64,000 nucleotides of DNA. It comes from Auanema rhodensis. Lineage: Eukaryota > Animalia > Nematoda. Shown here in pieces: positions 40,671 to 54,200 of this stretch. The notes below the pieces were generated by a model. It was given only the letters and a program-made list of their open reading frames with translations, did not search any database and was not told the origin of the DNA. Both the position numbers and the translations under genes were made by a program. The stretch's first letter is position 1, and each line of letters opens with the position of its first letter. Location: positions 1,178,001-1,242,000 of the forward strand of contig OZ059896.1 in NCBI GenBank assembly GCA_964057225.1, given 5' to 3'.

Positions 40671-43600
40671 GGTTTTTTAAGCTGCGTCGATCTGTGTTAT
40701 CAGATTTGCGCTAGCTTAAAAATGCACCGAGATATTAACTGATATAAGTTCACACTTATATCCTCGATTTTCACCCTGAAGAATTAATTTTTTCGTTGAA
40801 TAACATTGTCCATCGTTTTTGCCTCAAAAAAAGGAATCTAAAAACATCTACTTTTTGCGAAATTATTTTGAAATTTTTTGAAAAAATTTTGTCAAAATGT
40901 TTTTGGAAGCAATGTTGAGTGTACATGGAAACTCAACATACACTAATGCATCATTTTTCAAACGATCATAACTAATTTTTGTGATGAGCGTTTCTCCATG
41001 TAGTATAATGCATTCGATGCGGATTTTTAAGCTGCGTCGATCTGTGTTATCAGATTTGCGCTAGCTTAAAAATGCACCGAGATATTAACTGATATAAGTT
41101 CACACTTATATCCTCGATTTTCACCCTGAAGAATTAATTTTTTCGTTGAATAACATTGTCCATCGTTTTTGCCTTGAAAGAAGGAATCTAAAAACATCTA
41201 CTTTTTGCTAAATTATTTTGAAATTTTTCGAAAAAATTTTTGTCAAAATGTTTTTGGAAGCAATTTTGAGTGTACATGGAAACTCAACATACACTAATGC
41301 ATCATTTTTCAAACGATCATAACTAATTTTTGTGATGAGCGTTTCTCCATGTAGTATAATGCATTCGATGCGGATTTTTAAGCTGCGTCGATCTGTGTTA
41401 TCAGATTTGCGCCAGCTTAAAAATGCACCGAGATATCAACTGATATAAGTTCACACTTATATCCTCGATTTTCACCCTGAAGAATTAATTTTTTCGTTGA
41501 ATAACATTGTCCATCGTTTTTGCCTTGAAAGAAGGAATCTAAAAACATCTACTTTTTGCTAAATTATTTTGAAATTTTTCGAAAAAATTTTTGTCAAAAT
41601 GTTTTTGGAAGCAATTTTGAGTGTACATGGAAACTCAACATACACTAATGCATCATTTTTCAAACGATCATAACTAATTTTTGTATTAAGCTTTTCTCAA
41701 TGTAATATAGTGCATTCGATGCGGATTTTTAAGCTGCGTCGATCTGTGTTATCAGATTTGCGCTAGCTTAAAAATGCACCGAGATATTAACTGATATAAG
41801 TTCACACTTATATCCTCGATTTTCACCCTGAAGAATTAATTTTTTCGTTGAATAACATTGTCCATCGTTTTTGCCTTGAAAGAAGGAATCTAAAAACATC
41901 TACTTTTTGCTAAATTATTTTGAAATTTTTCGAAAAAATTTTTGTCAAAATGTTTTTGGAAGCAATTTTGAGTGTACATGGAAACTCAACATACACTAAT
42001 GCATCATTTTTCAAACGATCATAACTAATTTTTGTATTAAGCTTTTCTCAATGTAGTATAGTGCATTCGATGCGGACTTTTAAGCTGCGTCGATCTGTGT
42101 TATCAGATTTGCGCTAGCTTAAAAATGCACCGAGATATTAACTGATATAAGTTCACACTTATATCCTCGATTTTCACCCTGAAGAATTAATTTTTTCGTT
42201 GAATAACATTGTCCATCGTTTTTGCCTTGAAAGAAGGAATCTAAAAACATCTACTTTTTGCTAAATTATTTTGAAATTTTTCGAAAAAATTTTTGTCAAA
42301 ATGTTTTTGGAAGCAATTTTGAGTGTACATGGAAACTCAACATACACTAATGCATCATTTTTCAAACGATCATAACTAATTTTTGTATTAAGCTTTTCTC
42401 AATGTAATATAGTGCATTCGATGCGGTTTTTTAAGCTGCGTCGATCTGTGTTATCAGATTTGCGCTAGCTTAAAAATGCACCGAGATATTAACTGATATA
42501 AGTTCACACTTATATCCTCGATTTTCACCCTGAAGAATTAATTTTTTCGTTGAATAACATTGTCCATCGTTTTTGCCTCAAAAAAAGGAATTTAAAAACA
42601 TCTACTTTTTGCTAAATTATCTTGAAATTTTTCGAAAAAATTTTTGTCAAAATGTTTTTGGAAGCAATGTTGAGTGTACATGGAAACTCAACATACACTA
42701 ATGCATCATTTTTCAAACGATCATAACTAATTTTTGTGATGAGCGTTTCTCCATGTAGTATAATGCATTCGATGCGGATTTTTAAGCTGCGTCGATCTGT
42801 GTTATCAGATTTGCGCCAGCTTAAAAATGCACCGAGATATCAACTGATATAAGTTCACACTTATATCCTCGATTTTCACCCTGAAGAATTAATTTTTTCG
42901 TTGAATAACATTGTCCATCGTTTTTGCCTTGAAAGAAGGAATCTAAAAACATCTACTTTTTGCTAAATTATCTTGAAATTTTTCGAAACAATTTTTGTCA
43001 AAATGTTTTTGGAAGCAATTTTGAGTGTACATGGAAACTCAACATACACTAATGCATCATTTTTCAAACGATCATAACTAATTTTTGTGATGAGCGTTTC
43101 TCCATGTAGTATAATGCATTCGATGCGGATTTTTAAGCTGCGTCGATCTGTGTTATCAGATTTGCACTAGCTTAAAAATGCACCGAGATATCAACTGATA
43201 TAAGTTCACACTTATATCCTCGATTTTCACCCTGAAGAATTAATTTTTTCGTTGAATAACATTGTCCATCGTTTTTGCCTTGAAAGAAGGAATCTAAAAA
43301 CATCTACTTTTTGCTAAATTATTTTGAAATTTTTCGAAAAAATTTTTGTCAAAATGTTTTTGGAAGCAATTTTGAGTGTACATGGAAACTCAACATACAC
43401 TAATGCATCATTTTTCAAACGATCATAACTAATTTTTGTATTAAGCTTTTTTCAATGTAGTATAGTGCATTCGATGCGGATTTGTAAGCTGCGTCGATTT
43501 GTGTTATCAGATTTGCACTAGCTTAAAAATGCACCGAGATATCAACTGATATAAGTTCACACTTATATCCTCGATTTTCACCCTGAAGAATTAATTTTTT

Positions 43601-46600
43601 CGTTGAATAACATTGTCCATCGTTTTTGCCTTGAAAGAAGGAATCTAAAAACATCTACTTTTTGCTAAATTATTTTGAAATTTTTCGAAAAAATTTTTGT
43701 CAAAATGTTTTTGGAAGCAATTTTGAGTGTACATGGAAACTCAACATACACTAATGCATCATTTTTCAAACGATCATAACTAATTTTTGTATTAAGCTTT
43801 TTTCAATGTAGTATAGTGCATTCGATGCGGACTTTTAAGCTGCGTCGATCTGTGTTATCAGATTTGCGCTAGCTTAAAAATGCACCGAGATATTAACTGA
43901 TATAAGTTCACACTTATATCCTCGATTTTCACCCTGAAGAATTAATTTTTTCGTTGAATAACATTGTCCATCGTTTTTGCCTTGAAAAAAGGAATCTAAA
44001 AACATCTACTTTTTGCTAAATTATTTTGAAATTTTTCGAAAAAATTTTTGTCAAAATGTTTTTGGAAGCAATGTTGAGTGTACATGGAAACTCAACATAC
44101 ACTAATGCATCATTTTTCAAACGATCATAACTAATTTTTGTGATGAGCGTTTCTCCATGTAGTATAATGCATTCGATGCGGATTTTTAAGCTGCGTCGCT
44201 CTGTGTTATCAGATTTGCGCTAGCTTAAAAATGCACCGAGATATCAACTGATATAAGTTCACACTTATATCCTCGATTTTCACCCTGAAGAATTAATTTT
44301 TTCGTTGAATAACATTGTCCATCGTTTTTGCCTTGAAAGAAGGAATCTAAAAACATCTACTTTTTGCTAAATTATTTTGAAATTTTTCGAAAAAATTTTT
44401 GTCAAAATGTTTTTGGAAGCAATTTTGAGTGTACATGGAAACTCAACATACACTAATGCATCATTTTTCAAACGATCATAACTAATTTTTGTGATGAGCG
44501 TTTCTCCATGTAGTATAATGCATTCGATGCGGATTTTTAAGCTGCGTCGATCTGTGTTATCAGATTTGCACTAGCTTAAAAATGCACCGAGATATCAACT
44601 GATATAAGTTCACACTTATATCCTCGATTTTCACCCTGAAGAATTAATTTTTTCGTTGAATAATATTGTCCATCGTTTTTGCCTTGAAAGAAGGAATCTA
44701 AAAACATCTACTTTTTGCTAAATTATTTTGAAATTTTTCGAAAAAATTTTTGTCCAAATGTTTTTGGAAGCAATTTTGAGTGTACATGGAAACTCAACAT
44801 ACACTAATGCATCATTTTTCAAACGATCATAACTAATTTTTGTATTAAGCTTTTTTCAATGTAGTATAGTGCATTCGATGCGGATTTTTAAGCTGCGTCG
44901 ATCTGTGTTATCAGATTTGCACTAGCTTAAAAATGCACCGAGATATCAACTGATATAAGTTCACACTTATATCCTCGATTTTCACCCTGAAGAATTAATT
45001 TTTTCGTTGAATAACATTGTCCATCGTTTTTGCCTTGAAAGAAGGAATCTAAAAACATCTACTTTTTGCTAAATTATTTTGAAATTTTTCGAAAAAATTT
45101 TTGTCAAAATGTTTTTGGAAGCAATTTTGAGTGTACATGGAAACTCAACATACACTAATGCATCATTTTTCAAACGATCATAACTAATTTTTGTATTAAG
45201 CTTTTTTCAATGTAGTATAGTGCATTCGATGCGGACTTTTAAGCTGCGTCGATCTGTGTTATCAGATTTGCGCTAGCTTAAAAATGCACCGAGATATTAA
45301 CTGATATAAGTTCACACTTATATCCTCGATTTTCACCCTGAAGAATTAATTTTTTCGTTGAATAACATTGTCCATCGTTTTTGCCTTGAAAGAAGGAATC
45401 TAAAAACATCTACTTTTTGCTAAATTATTTTGAAATTTTTCGAAAAAATTTTTGTCAAAATGTTTTTGGAAGCAATTTTGAGTGTACATGGAAACTCAAC
45501 ATACACTAATGCATCATTTTTCAAACGATCATAACTAATTTTTGTATTAAGCTTTTCTCAATGTAATATAGTGCATTCGATGCGGTTTTTTAAGCTGCGT
45601 CGATCTGTGTTATCAGATTTGCGCTAGCTTAAAAATGCACCGAGATATTAACTGATATAAGTTCACACTTATATCCTCGATTTTCACCCTGAAGAATTAA
45701 TTTTTTCGTTGAATAACATTGTCCATCGTTTTTGCCTTGAAAAAAGGAATCTAAAAACATCTACTTTTTGCTAAATTATTTTGAAATTTTTCGAAAAAAT
45801 TTTTGTCAAAATGTTTTTGGAAGCAATGTTGAGTGTACATGGAAACTCAACATACACTAATGCATCATTTTTCAAACGATCATAACTAATTTTTGTGATG
45901 AGCGTTTCTCCATGTAGTATAATGCATTCGATGCGGATTTTTAAGCTGCGTCGCTCTGTGTTATCAGATTTGCGCTAGCTTAAAAATGCACCGAGATATC
46001 AACTGATATAAGTTCACACTTATATCCTCGATTTTCACCCTGAAGAATTAATTTTTTCGTTGAATAACATTGTCCATCGTTTTTGCCTTGAAAGAAGGAA
46101 TCTAAAAACATCTACTTTTTGCTAAATTATTTTGAAATTTTTCGAAAAAATTTTTGTCAAAATGTTTTTGGAAGCAATTTTGAGTGTACATGGAAACTCA
46201 ACATACACTAATGCATCATTTTTCAAACAATCATAACTAATTTTTGTATTAAGCTTTCCTCAATGTAATATAGTGCATTCGATGCGGATTTTTAAGCTGC
46301 GTCGATCTGTGTTATTAGATTTGCGCTAGCTTAAAAATGCACCGAGATATCAACTGATATAAGTTCACACTTATATCCTCGATTTTCACCCTGAAGAATT
46401 AATTTTTTCGTTGAATAACATTGTCCATCGTTTTTGCCTTGAAAGAAGGAATCTAAAAACATCTACTTTTTGCTAAATTATTTTGAAATTTTTCGAAAAA
46501 ATTTTTGTCAAAATGTTTTTGGAAGCAATTTTGAGTGTACATGGAAACTCAACATACACTAATGCATCATTTTTCAAACGATCATAACTAATTTTTGTGA

Positions 46601-49600
46601 TGAGCGTTTCTCCATGTAGTATAATGCATTCGATGCGGATTTTTAAGCTGCGTCGATCTGTGTTATCAGATTTGCACTAGCTTAAAAATGCACCGAGATA
46701 TCAACTGATATAAGTTCACACTTATATCCTCGATTTTCACCCTGAAGAATTAATTTTTTCGTTGAATAATATTGTCCATCGTTTTTGCCTTGAAAGAAGG
46801 AATCTAAAAACATCTACTTTTTGCTAAATTATTTTGAAATTTTTCGAAAAAATTTTTGTCAAAATGTTTTTGGAAGCAATTTTGAGTGTACATGGAAACT
46901 CAACATACACTAATGCATCATTTTTCAAACGATCATAACTAATTTTTGTATTAAGCTTTTTTCAATGTAGTATAGTGCATTCGATGCGGATTTTTAAGCT
47001 GCGTCGATCTGTGTTATCAGATTTGCACTAGCTTAAAAATGCACCGAGATATCAACTGATATAAGTTCACACTTATATCCTCGATTTTCACCCTGAAGAA
47101 TTAATTTTTTCGTTGAATAACATTGTCCATCGTTTTTGCCTTGAAAGAAGGAATCTAAAAACATCTACTTTTTGCTAAATTATTTTGAAATTTTTCGAAA
47201 AAATTTTTGTCAAAATGTTTTTGGAAGCAATTTTGAGTGTACATGGAAACTCAACATACACTAATGCATCATTTTTCAAACGATCATAACTAATTTTTGT
47301 ATTAAGCTTTTTTCAATGTAGTATAGTGCATTCGATGCGGACTTTTAAGCTGCGTCGATCTGTGTTATCAGATTTGCGCTAGCTTAAAAATGCACCGAGA
47401 TATTAACTGATATAAGTTCACACTTATATCCTCGATTTTCACCCTGAAGAATTAATTTTTTCGTTGAATAACATTGTCCATCGTTTTTGCCTTGAAAGAA
47501 GGAATCTAAAAACATCTACTTTTTGCTAAATTATTTTGAAATTTTTCGAAAAAATTTTTGTCAAAATGTTTTTGGAAGCAATTTTGAGTGTACATGGAAA
47601 CTCAACATACACTAATGCATCATTTTTCAAACGATCATAACTAATTTTTGTATTAAGCTTTTCTCAATGTAATATAGTGCATTCGATGCGGTTTTTTAAG
47701 CTGCGTCGATCTGTGTTATCAGATTTGCGCTAGCTTAAAAATGCACCGAGATATTAACTGATATAAGTTCACACTTATATCCTCGATTTTCACCCTGAAG
47801 AATTAATTTTTTCGTTGAATAACATTGTCCATCGTTTTTGCCTTGAAAAAAGGAATCTAAAAACATCTACTTTTTGCTAAATTATTTTGAAATTTTTCGA
47901 AAAAATTTTTGTCAAAATGTTTTTGGAAGCAATGTTGAGTGTACATGGAAACTCAACATACACTAATGCATCATTTTTCAAACGATCATAACTAATTTTT
48001 GTGATGAGCGTTTCTCCATGTAGTATAATGCATTCGATGCGGATTTTTAAGCTGCGTCGCTCTGTGTTATCAGATTTGCGCTAGCTTAAAAATGCACCGA
48101 GATATCAACTGATATAAGTTCACACTTATATCCTCGATTTTCACCCTGAAGAATTAATTTTTTCGTTGAATAACATTGTCCATCGTTTTTGCCTTGAAAG
48201 AAGGAATCTAAAAACATCTACTTTTTGCTAAATTATTTTGAAATTTTTCGAAAAAATTTTTGTCAAAATGTTTTTGGAAGCAATTTTGAGTGTACATGGA
48301 AACTCAACATACACTAATGCATCATTTTTCAAACAATCATAACTAATTTTTGTATTAAGCTTTCCTCAATGTAATATAGTGCATTCGATGCGGATTTTTA
48401 AGCTGCGTCGATCTGTGTTATTAGATTTGCGCTAGCTTAAAAATGCACCGAGATATCAACTGATATAAGTTCACACTTATATCCTCGATTTTCACCCTGA
48501 AGAATTAATTTTTTCGTTGAATAACATTGTCCATCGTTTTTGCTTTGAAAAAAGGAATCTAAAAACATCTACTTTTTGCTAAATTATTTTGAAATTTTTC
48601 GAAAAAATTTTTGTCAAAATGTTTTTGGAAGCAATTTTGAGTGTACATGGAAACTCAACATACACTAATGCATCATTTTTCAAACGATCATAACTAATTT
48701 TTGTATTAAGCTTTTCTTAATGTAGTATAGTGCATTCGATGCGGATTTTTAAGCTGCTTCGATCTGTGTTATCAGATTTGCGCTAGCTTAAAAATGCACC
48801 GAGATATCAACTGATATAAGTTCACACTTATATCCTCGATTTTCACCCTGAAGAATTAATTTTTTCGTTGAATAACATTGTCCATCGTTTTTGCCTTGAA
48901 AAAAGGAATCTAAAAACATCTACTTTTTGCTAAATTATTTTGAAATTTTTCGAAAAAATTTTTGTCAAAATGTTTTTGGAAGCAATTTTGAGTGTACATG
49001 GAAACTCAACATACACTAATGCATCATTTTTCAAACGATCATAACTAATTTTTGTATTAAGCTTTTCTTAATGTAGTATAGTGCATTCGATGCGGATTTT
49101 TAAGCTGCTTCGATCTGTGTTATCAGATTTGCGCTAGCTTAAAAATGCACCGAGATATCAACTGATATAAGTTCACACTTATATCCTCGATTTTCACCCT
49201 GAAGAATTAATTTTTTCGTTGAATAACATTGTCCATCGTTTTTGCCTTGAAAAAAGGAATCTAAAAACATCTACTTTTTGCTAAATTATTTTGAAATTTT
49301 TCGAAAAAATTTTTGTAAAAATGTTTTTGGAAGCAATTTTGAGTGTACATGGAAACTCAACATACACTAATGCATCATTTTTCAAACAATCATAACTAAT
49401 TTTTGTATTAAGCTTTCCTCAATGTAATATAGTGCATTCGATGCGGAGTTTTAAGCTGCTTCGATCTGTGTTATTAGATTTGCGCTAGCTTAAAAATGCA
49501 CCGAGATATCAACTGATATAAGTTCACACTTATATCCTCGATTTTCACCCTGAAGAATTAATTTTTTCGTTGAATAACATTGTCCATCGTTTTTGCCTTG

Positions 49601-51078
49601 AAAAAAGGAATCTAAAAACATCTACTTTTTGCTAAATTATTTTGAAATTTTTCGAAAAAATTTTTGTCAAAATGTTTTTGGAAGCAATTTTGAGTGTACA
49701 TGGAAACTCAACATACACTAATGCATCATTTTTCAAACGATCATAACTAATTTTTGTATTAAGCTTTTCTCAATGTAATATAGTGCATTCGATGCGGTTT
49801 TTCAAGCTGCGTCGATCTGTGTTATCAGATTTGCGCTAGCTTAAAAATGCACCGAGATATTAACTGATATAAGTTCACACTTATATCCTCGATTTTCACC
49901 CTGAAGAATTAATTTTTTCGTTGAATAACGTTGTCCATCGTTTTTGCCTTGAAAAAAGGAATCTAAAAACATCTACTTTTTGCTAAATTATTTTGAAATT
50001 TTTCGAAAAAATTTTTGTCAAAATGTTTTTGGAAGCAATGTTGAGTGTACATGGAAACTCAACATACACTAATGCATCATTTTTCAAACGATCATAACTA
50101 ATTTTTGTATTAAGCTTTTCTTAATGTAATATAGTGCATTCGATGCGGTTTTTTAAGCTGCGTCGATCTGTGTTATCAGATTTGCGCTAGCTTAAAAATG
50201 CACCGAGATATTAACTGATATAAGTTCACACTTATATCCTCGATTTTCACCCTGAAGAATTAATTTTTTCGTTGAATAACATTGTCCATCGTTTTTGCCT
50301 TGAAAGAAGGAATCTAAAAACATCTACTTTTTGCTAAATTATTTTGAAATTTTTCGAAAAAATTTTTGTCAAAATGTTTTTGGAAGCAATTTTGAGTGTA
50401 CATGGAAACTCAACATACACTAATGCATCATTTTTCAAATGATCATAACTAATTTTTGTATTAAGCTTTTCTTAATGTAGTATAGTGCATTCGATGCGGA
50501 CTTTTAAGCTGCGTCGATCTATGTTATCAGATTTGCGCTAGCTTAAAAATGCACCGAGATATCAACTGATATAAGTTCACACTTATATCCTCGATTTTCA
50601 CCCTGAAGAATTAATTTTTTCGTTGAATAACATTGTCCATCGTTTTTGCCTTGAAAGAAGGAATCTAAAAACATCTACTTTTTGCTAAATTATTTTGAAA
50701 TTTTTCGAAAAAATTTTTGTCAAAATGTTTTTGGAAGCAATTTTGAGTGTACATGGAAACTCAACATACACTAATGCATCATTTTTCAAACGATCATAAC
50801 TAATTTTTGTATTAAGCTTTTCTTAATGTAGTATAGTGCATTCGATGCGGACTTTTAAGCTGCGTCGATCTATGTTATCAGATTTGCGCTAGCTTAAAAA
50901 TGCACCGAGATATCAACTGATATAAGTTCACACTTATATCCTCGATTTTCACCCTGAAGAATTAATTTTTTCGTTGAATAACATTGTCCATCGTTTTTGC
51001 TTTGAAAGAAGGAATCTAAAAACATCTACTTTTTGCTAAATTATTTTGAAATTTTTCGAAAAAATTTTTGTCAAAATG

Positions 51079-51210
51079 TTTTTGGAAGCAATTTTGAGTG
51101 TACATGGAAACTCAACATACACTCATCACAAAAATTAGTTATGATCGTTTGAAAAATGATGCATTAGTGTATGTTGAGTTTCCATGTACACTCAAAATTG
51201 CTTCCAAAAA
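51079..51210. other. Array orientation switch (convergent inversion junction)
   Basis: The forward monomer ends ...CTCAACATACACT at 51123 (monomer pos 181). The reverse monomer begins CTCATCACAAAAATTAG at 51122 (monomer pos 225, read downward). They share CT at 51122-51123, and mirror symmetry resumes at 51166 (AGTGTATGTTGAG). Confidence 0.97.
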
Positions 51211-54200
51211 CATTTTGACAAAAATTTTTTCGAAAAATTTCAAAATAATTTAGCAAAAAGTAGATGTTTTTAGATTCCTTCTTTTAAGGCAAAAACGATA
51301 AACAATGTTATTCAACGAAAAAATTAATTCTTCAGGGTGAAAATCGAGGATATAAGTGTGAACTTATATCAGTTGATATCTCGGTGCATTTTTAAGCTGG
51401 CGCAAATCTGATAACACAGATCGACGCAGCTTAAAAATCCGCATCGAATGCATTATACTACATGGAGAAACGCTCATCACAAAAATTAGTTATGATCGTT
51501 TGAAAAATGATGCATTAGTGTATGTTGAGTTTCCATGTACACTCAACATTGCTTCCAAAAACATTTTGACAAAATTTTTTCGAAAAATTTCAAAATAATT
51601 TCGCAAAAAGTAGATGTTTTTAGATTCCTTTTTTTGAGGCAAAAACGATGGACAATGTTATTCAACGAAAAAATTAATTCTTCAGGGTGAAAATCGAGGA
51701 TATAAGTGTGAACTTATATCAGTTAATATCTCGGTGCATTTTTAAGCTAGCGCAAATCTGATAACACAGATCGACGCAGCTTAAAAGTCCGCATCGAATG
51801 CACTATACTACATTAAGAAAAGCTTAATACAAAAATTAGTTATGATCGTTTGAAAAATGATGCATTAGTGTATGTTGAGTTTCCATGTACACTCAAAATT
51901 GCTTCCAAAAACATTTTGACAAAAATTTTTTCGAAAAATTTCAAAATAATTTAGCAAAAAGTAGATGTTTTTAGATTCCTTCTTTCAAGGCAAAAACGAT
52001 GGACAATGTTATTCAACGAAAAAATTAATTCTTCAGGGTGAAAATCGAGGATATAAGTGTGAACTTATATCAGTTGATATCTCGGTGCATTTTTAAGCTA
52101 GCGCAAATCTGATAACACAGATCGACGCAGCTTAAAAATCCGCATCGAATGCATTATACTACATAGAGAAACGCTCATCACAACAATAAGTTATGATCGT
52201 TTGAAAAATGATGCATTAGTGTATGTTGAGTTTCCATGTACACTCAACATTGCTTCCAAAAACATTTTGACAAAATTTTTTCGAAAAATTTCAAAATAAT
52301 TTCGCAAAAAGTAGATGTTTTTAGATTCCTTTTTTTTAGGCAAAAACGATGGACAATGTTATTCAACGAAAAAATTAATTCTTCAGGGTGAAAATCGAGG
52401 ATATAAGTGTGAACTTATATCAGTTAATATCTCGGTGCATTTTTAAGCTAGCGCAAATCTGATAACACAGATCGACGCAGCTTAAAAGTCCGCATCGAAT
52501 GCACTATACTACATTAAGAAAAGCTTAATACAAAAATTAGTTATGATCGTTTGAAAAATGATGCATTAGTGTATGTTGAGTTTCCATGTACACTCAAAAT
52601 TGCTTCCAAAAACATTTTGACAAAAATTTTTTCGAAAAATTTCAAAATAATTTAGCAAAAAGTAGATGTTTTTAGATTCCTTCTTTCAAGGCAAAAACGA
52701 TGGACAATGTTATTCAACGAAAAAATTAATTCTTCAGGGTGAAAATCGAGGATATAAGTGTGAACTTATATCAGTTGATATCTCGGTGCATTTTTAAGCT
52801 GGCGCAAATCTGATAACACAGATCGACGCAGCTTAAAAATCCGCATCGAATGCATTATACTACATGGAGAAACGCTCATCACAAAAATTAGTTATGATCG
52901 TTTGAAAAATGATGCATTAGTGTATGTTGAGTTTCCATGTACACTCAACATTGCTTCCAAAAACATTTTGACAAAATTTTTTCGAAAAATTTCAAAATAA
53001 TTTCGCAAAAAGTAGATGTTTTTAGATTCCTTTTTTTGAGGCAAAAACGATGGACAATGTTATTCAACGAAAAAATTAATTCTTCAGGGTGAAAATCGAG
53101 GATATAAGTGTGAACTTATATCAGTTAATATCTCGGTGCATTTTTAAGCTAGCGCAAATCTGATAACACAGATCGACGCAGCTTAAAAGTCCGCATCGAA
53201 TGCACTATACTACATTAAGAAAAGCTTAATACAAAAATTAGTTATGATCGTTTGAAAAATGATGCATTAGAGTATGTTGAGTTTCCATGTACACTCAAAA
53301 TTGCTTCCAAAAACATTTTGACAAAAATTTTTTCGAAAAATTTCAAAATAATTTAGCAAAAAGTAGATGTTTTTAGATTCCTTCTTTCAAGGCAAAAACG
53401 ATGGACAATGTTATTCAACGAAAAAATTAATTCTTCAGGGTGAAAATCGAGGATATAAGTGTGAACTTATATCAGTTGATATCTCGGTGCATTTTTAAGC
53501 TAGCGCAAATCTGATAACACAGATCGACGCAGCTTAAAAATCCGCATCGAATGCATTATACTACATAGAGAAACGCTCATCACAAAAATTAGTTATGATC
53601 GTTTGAAAAATGATGCATTAGTGTATGTTGAGTTTCCATGTACACTCAACATTGCTTCCAAAAACATTTTGACAAAATTTTTTCGAAAAATTTCAAAATA
53701 ATTTCGCAAAAAGTAGATGTTTTTAGATTCCTTTTTTTGAGGCAAAAACGATGGACAATGTTATTCAACGAAAAAATTAATTCTTCAGGGTGAAAATCGA
53801 GGATATAAGTGTGAACTTATATCAGTTAATATCTCGGTGCATTTTTAAGCTAGCGCAAATCTGATAACACAGATCGACGCAGCTTAAAAGTCCGCATCGA
53901 ATGCACTATACTACATTAAGAAAAGCTTAATACAAAAATTAGTTATGATCGTTTGAAAAATGATGCATTAGTGTATGTTGAGTTTCCATGTACACTCAAA
54001 ATTGCTTCCAAAAACATTTTGACAAAAATTTTTTCGAAAAATTTCAAAATAATTTAGCAAAAAGTAGATGTTTTTAGATTCCTTCTTTCAAGGCAAAAAC
54101 GATGGACAATGTTATTCAACGAAAAAATTAATTCTTCAGGGTGAAAATCGAGGATATAAGTGTGAACTTATATCAGTTGATATCTCGGTGCATTTTTAAG

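Larger units (their letters stand above)
1..51123 (+). repeat. Satellite DNA array, 351/350-bp monomer, left arm (orientation arbitrarily called +), ~146 copies
   Basis: CGATTTTCACCCTGAAGAATT recurs at 1, 352, 703, 1054, 1405 and onward (351-bp period). 350-bp copies lack one T in AAAAATTTTTGTC. The only interruption is at 40547-40670. Confidence 0.99.
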
